Origin: Malacoraja senta | Lineage: Eukaryota | DNA: 64,000 bases | Assembly (NCBI GenBank): GCA_038087875.1 | Contig: CM075995.1 | Span: forward strand, 3,350,001 to 3,414,000 | Direction of reading: 5' to 3' | Shown here: positions 60,641 to 64,000 of the stretch, in pieces | How positions within the stretch are numbered: the stretch's first letter is position 1 | How the letters are laid out: every line of letters begins with the position of its first letter | Notes under the pieces: model-generated | What the model was told of the DNA's origin: nothing | Seen by the model: only the letters and a program-made list of their open reading frames with translations | Databases searched by the model: none | Position numbers and translations under genes: made by a program

Positions 60641-61000
60641 GGGCGGCACGGTGGCGCAGTGGTAGAGTTGCTGCCTTACAGCGCTTACAGCGTCACAGAC
60701 CCGAGTTCAATCCTGGCTACGGGTGCGTGTCTCACGGAGTTTGTACGTTCTCCCCGTTACCTGCGTGGGTTTTCTCCGAGAACTTTGGTTTCCTCTCACA
60801 CTCCAAAGATGTACAGGTTTGTAGGTTAATTAGCTTGGTATAAAATGTAAAATAATTGTCGGTAGGCACAAAAGCAGGAGAGGCAGCGAAATTGTTCCTA
60901 GAGTAGGATAGTGTCAATGTGTGGGGATCGCTGGTCGGTGCGGACTTGATGGGCTGAAGGGACTGTTTCCGCGCTGTATCTCTAAACTAAAAATTAAACT
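60641..61000 (+). mobile_element. HE1/V-SINE, full length
   Basis: ggtggcgcagtggtagagttgctgcc head, V-domain and tail. Confidence 0.9.
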
Positions 61001-61344
61001 ATGCTACCTGTGCCAGATTAACTCTTGCAGCTCAGGAAAAGAATGTCCATTCATTTGACTGTACTTCCCAACGGCAAGAGACAGGATTGTGTGAGGTGAT
61101 TTACAGGTACATCTTTCAAATTGAGATTGCTTCAATATTTTTAATTGTGGTGTATTTTTCTAACTAAAATGTTAGTCACTTTAATTATTTCCCTGGTTTG
61201 TATAATGCTTTTTGAATATATTAGGTTCACGTTTATGTTTTATTATTGTCACCTGGTACATTGATAAGCTTCCCTTTGCATACTCTCCAATCAAATCAGA
61301 TAATACTGTGCATAATTACAGTCGGCAAACTCAATTACAGTAGA

Positions 61345-61745
61345 GGAGAGACACAAAATGCTGGAGTAACTCAGCGGGTCAGACAGCATCTCTGGTGAGA
61401 AGGAGTAGGCGACGTTTCGGGTCAAGACCCTTCTTCTGTTTACAATAACTAAAGCTATGGGGAACATACAGAGTGCAGAACACAAGAACTCAGTATTGTG
61501 GTGCATCAGTTTCAAAGACAAAGTCCAATGTCCACAATGGGGTAGAGGTGAATCGGACCGTACCTTAGCTTATGGAAGTAATAGGTGACGTTTCGGGTTT
61601 GGACCCTTCATTAGAGTGGAGTCTAAGGAAATGAGTGTGAGGAAGTCTTGACCCAAAACGTCACCTAATCCTTTTCTCCAGGGATGCTGCCTGACCCGCT
61701 GAGTTACTCCAGCATTTTGTGACCATCATCGGTGTAAATCAGACG
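61345..61745. mobile_element. Penelope pLTR fragments (inverted pair)
   Basis: gacgtttcgggtcaagacccttcttc (-) and acccaaaacgtcacc..gagttactccagcattttgtg (+). Confidence 0.75.
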
Positions 61746-62089
61746 TTTCTTCTTATATATAATTGGCTTGATCTGATACATAATCAGCTTGATGCGAGGA
61801 AGGAGAGGGTGATGGTGGAAGGATATTTTTCAGCCTGGGGGCCTATGACTAACGATGTGCCTGGGCCCATTATTGTTTGTCTTCCATGTTGTATGAATTT
61901 ATGACTCTGTTTCCAAATGTTGAGCCAAGAAACATAGCAGCTAATGAAGAGCTACGTCTGCTTAATATATGAGATAAGAGTCCAGGCAAACCTCCATGGG
62001 GAAAAAAAGTTAGAAATGGGCATAGTTTAGGATATATGGAAACTGTGGTGGCAGCCATTAACATTTCCATGAAATGTGACTTTTCATAT

Positions 62090-62403
62090 TAGTTTAGCCT
62101 AGTTTAGTTTAGTTTAGACATACAGCGCGGAATCAGGCACTTCAGCTCACCTGGTCTTCACCAATCAACGACCCCTGCACATTAACACACACTAGGGCCA
62201 ATTTTACATTTACACCAAGCTAATTAACCTACAAACCTGTATGTCTTTGGAGTGTGGGAGGAAACCAAAGATCTCGGAGAAAACCCACACAGGTCATGTG
62301 GCGGACGTACAAACCCCGTACAGACAGCACCCGTCATCCGGATTGACCCTGGGTCTCTGGCACTGAAAAGCAGTAGCTCTACCGCTACGTCACCGTGCCG
62401 CCC
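62090..62403 (-). mobile_element. HE1/V-SINE
   Basis: Tail, V-domain and head. Confidence 0.85.
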
Positions 62404-62604
62404 TAATTTAGATTTGGTGTATTTTTGTTCATTCTTGCATCATCCATGTGGTGATGTCAGAGACCATGAGTGAATTTGCCAAAATAATCGTGTCTTCTAT
62501 TAAATGATAATCTTCGAAAAATTACTTTACAATATCTTCAATTCAGTGGCATACTAAACTTTTTTGTTTTGTTGCAGAATTAATGCATTTTCAAGCACAT
62601 TTCA

Positions 62605-63192
62605 ATTTAGCTTAGTTTAGTTTAGAGATACAGTGCGGAAACAGGCCCTTCGACCCACCGAGTCCGCAACGACCAGCAATTCCTCACGCTCTCCTACACA
62701 CGCCATGGCCAATTTACAATTATACCATCCCTGTACGCCTTGGGAATGTGGGGGAAAACTGGAGAAAACCCACTCAAGTCACGGAGAGAGAACAGACAAG
62801 TACCCGCAGACAATAAACAATAGGTGCAAGAGTAGGCCATTTGGCCCTTTGAGCCAGCACCGCCATTCAATGTGATCATGGCTGATCATCCACAATCAGT
62901 ACCCCATTTCTGCCTTCTCCCCATATCCCCTGACTCCGCTATTTTTAAGAGCCCTATCTAGCTCTCTCTTGAAAGCATCCAGAGAACCTGCCTCCACCGC
63001 CCTCTGAGGCAGAGAATTCCACAGACTCACCACTCTCTGCGAGAAAAAGTGTTTCCTCATCTCCGTTCCTAAATGGCTTACCCCTTATTCTTAAACTGTG
63101 GCCCCTGGTTCTGGACTCCCCCAAGTCAGGATCAAACCCGTGTTTGTGGTGCTGCAAAGCAGCAACAATACCGCTTCGCCACCTTGCCATCC
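62605..63192 (-). mobile_element. HE1/V-SINE interrupted by a CR1 3' fragment (~62808-63124)
   Basis: SINE head resumes gtcaggatcaaacccg at ~63125. Confidence 0.8.
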
Positions 63193-63519
63193 TTAATTCT
63201 ACTTTGATATGACAAGATATTGCTTCTTTAGTGTCTACTCTGTTAACGCAGCTCTTGTGAGAGGCGCTCATTTAACACAATCACTTGTGCAGCATATAAA
63301 GTTGAATGACGTGCTCTTCTACATAAATAGCTTCAATCTGCACATTGTTAAAAAAAATACACAATTGGAGGGTGGAACTCAGTCACAAGATTTCAAGCCC
63401 ATTGAATGTTGTTTTTTCTTCAGAGGCTTGAAAGCCCTCACAAATTATCTGCTTTTCACCACCAGAAATCTCCACTGTTCACAAGATTTAAAAAAAAAAT
63501 CGAGCCTTCAATCGAAACC

Positions 63520-63882
63520 GTAGACACAAATAGCCAGAGTAACTCAGCGGGTCAGGCAGCATCTCCGAAGAAAAGGAGTAGGCGACGTGTCGGGTCGAGA
63601 CTCTTCTTCAGAGGAAAGGGAAAACGAGAGATATTGACGGTGATATAGAGAGATACGGATGAAATGAATGAAAGATAGGCCAAAAGTAGCGATGATAAAG
63701 GAAACAAGCCAAAACGAGTTACAGACAATAAGACTCGATAAGATAGACACAAAAAGCTGAAGTAACTCAGCGGGACAAGGCAGCATCTCTGGAGAGAAGG
63801 AATGGGTGACCTTTCAGGTCGAGTTACTCCATCATTTTGTGTCTATCTCCGGTTTAAACCAGCATCTGCAGTTCCTTCCTAT
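63520..63882. mobile_element. Penelope pLTR cluster
   Basis: Tandem minus-strand copies (63520-63730, 63740-63825) and an inverted tail at 63821-63882. Confidence 0.78.
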
Positions 63883-64000
63883 CCAGAAGACTCAACAAGA
63901 CAATTTGTTGATTTTCTTACACAGAACGTCTTCTAGCGAATTGCTTTGCAGATTAATTCTTTGGTGGAAAATATCGGCAAAGGAAATACAGTATGGGTTC

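Overview
Repeat-saturated vertebrate genomic DNA, most likely from a cartilaginous fish (skate/ray-type), judged from many HE1/V-SINE-like tRNA SINEs and their CR1 (HER1-like) LINE partner. I recognise no host protein-coding exon: the window is intergenic or intronic, and nearly all ORF-track entries are TE fragments, minisatellite read-through or chance. Contents: (1) many CR1 fragments (longest 23835-25460, with RT motifs); (2) about 20 V-SINEs; (3) Penelope-like fragments whose terminal repeats carry minimal hammerhead-ribozyme cores, often as head-to-head inverted doublets; (4) a FLYWCH+MULE (Phantom-like) transposon pseudogene with long TIRs; (5) a 4.1-kb DIRS1-type element with near-perfect ITR/ICR termini but a decayed interior and its RT core replaced by a minisatellite; (6) four copies of a non-autonomous Helitron family with different internal arrays and a conserved TATA/ETS/Inr cassette; (7) two copies of a 1.04-kb non-coding DNA transposon with 7-bp TSDs; (8) Harbinger and hAT MITEs inside SINEs; (9) solo LTRs; (10) Rex1/L2 tails; (11) a GC-rich non-autonomous retroposon family with a CTTACCTG motif, a conserved hairpin and differing LINE tails. 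All calls are by eye; no database search was run, and boundaries of decayed fragments are approximate.
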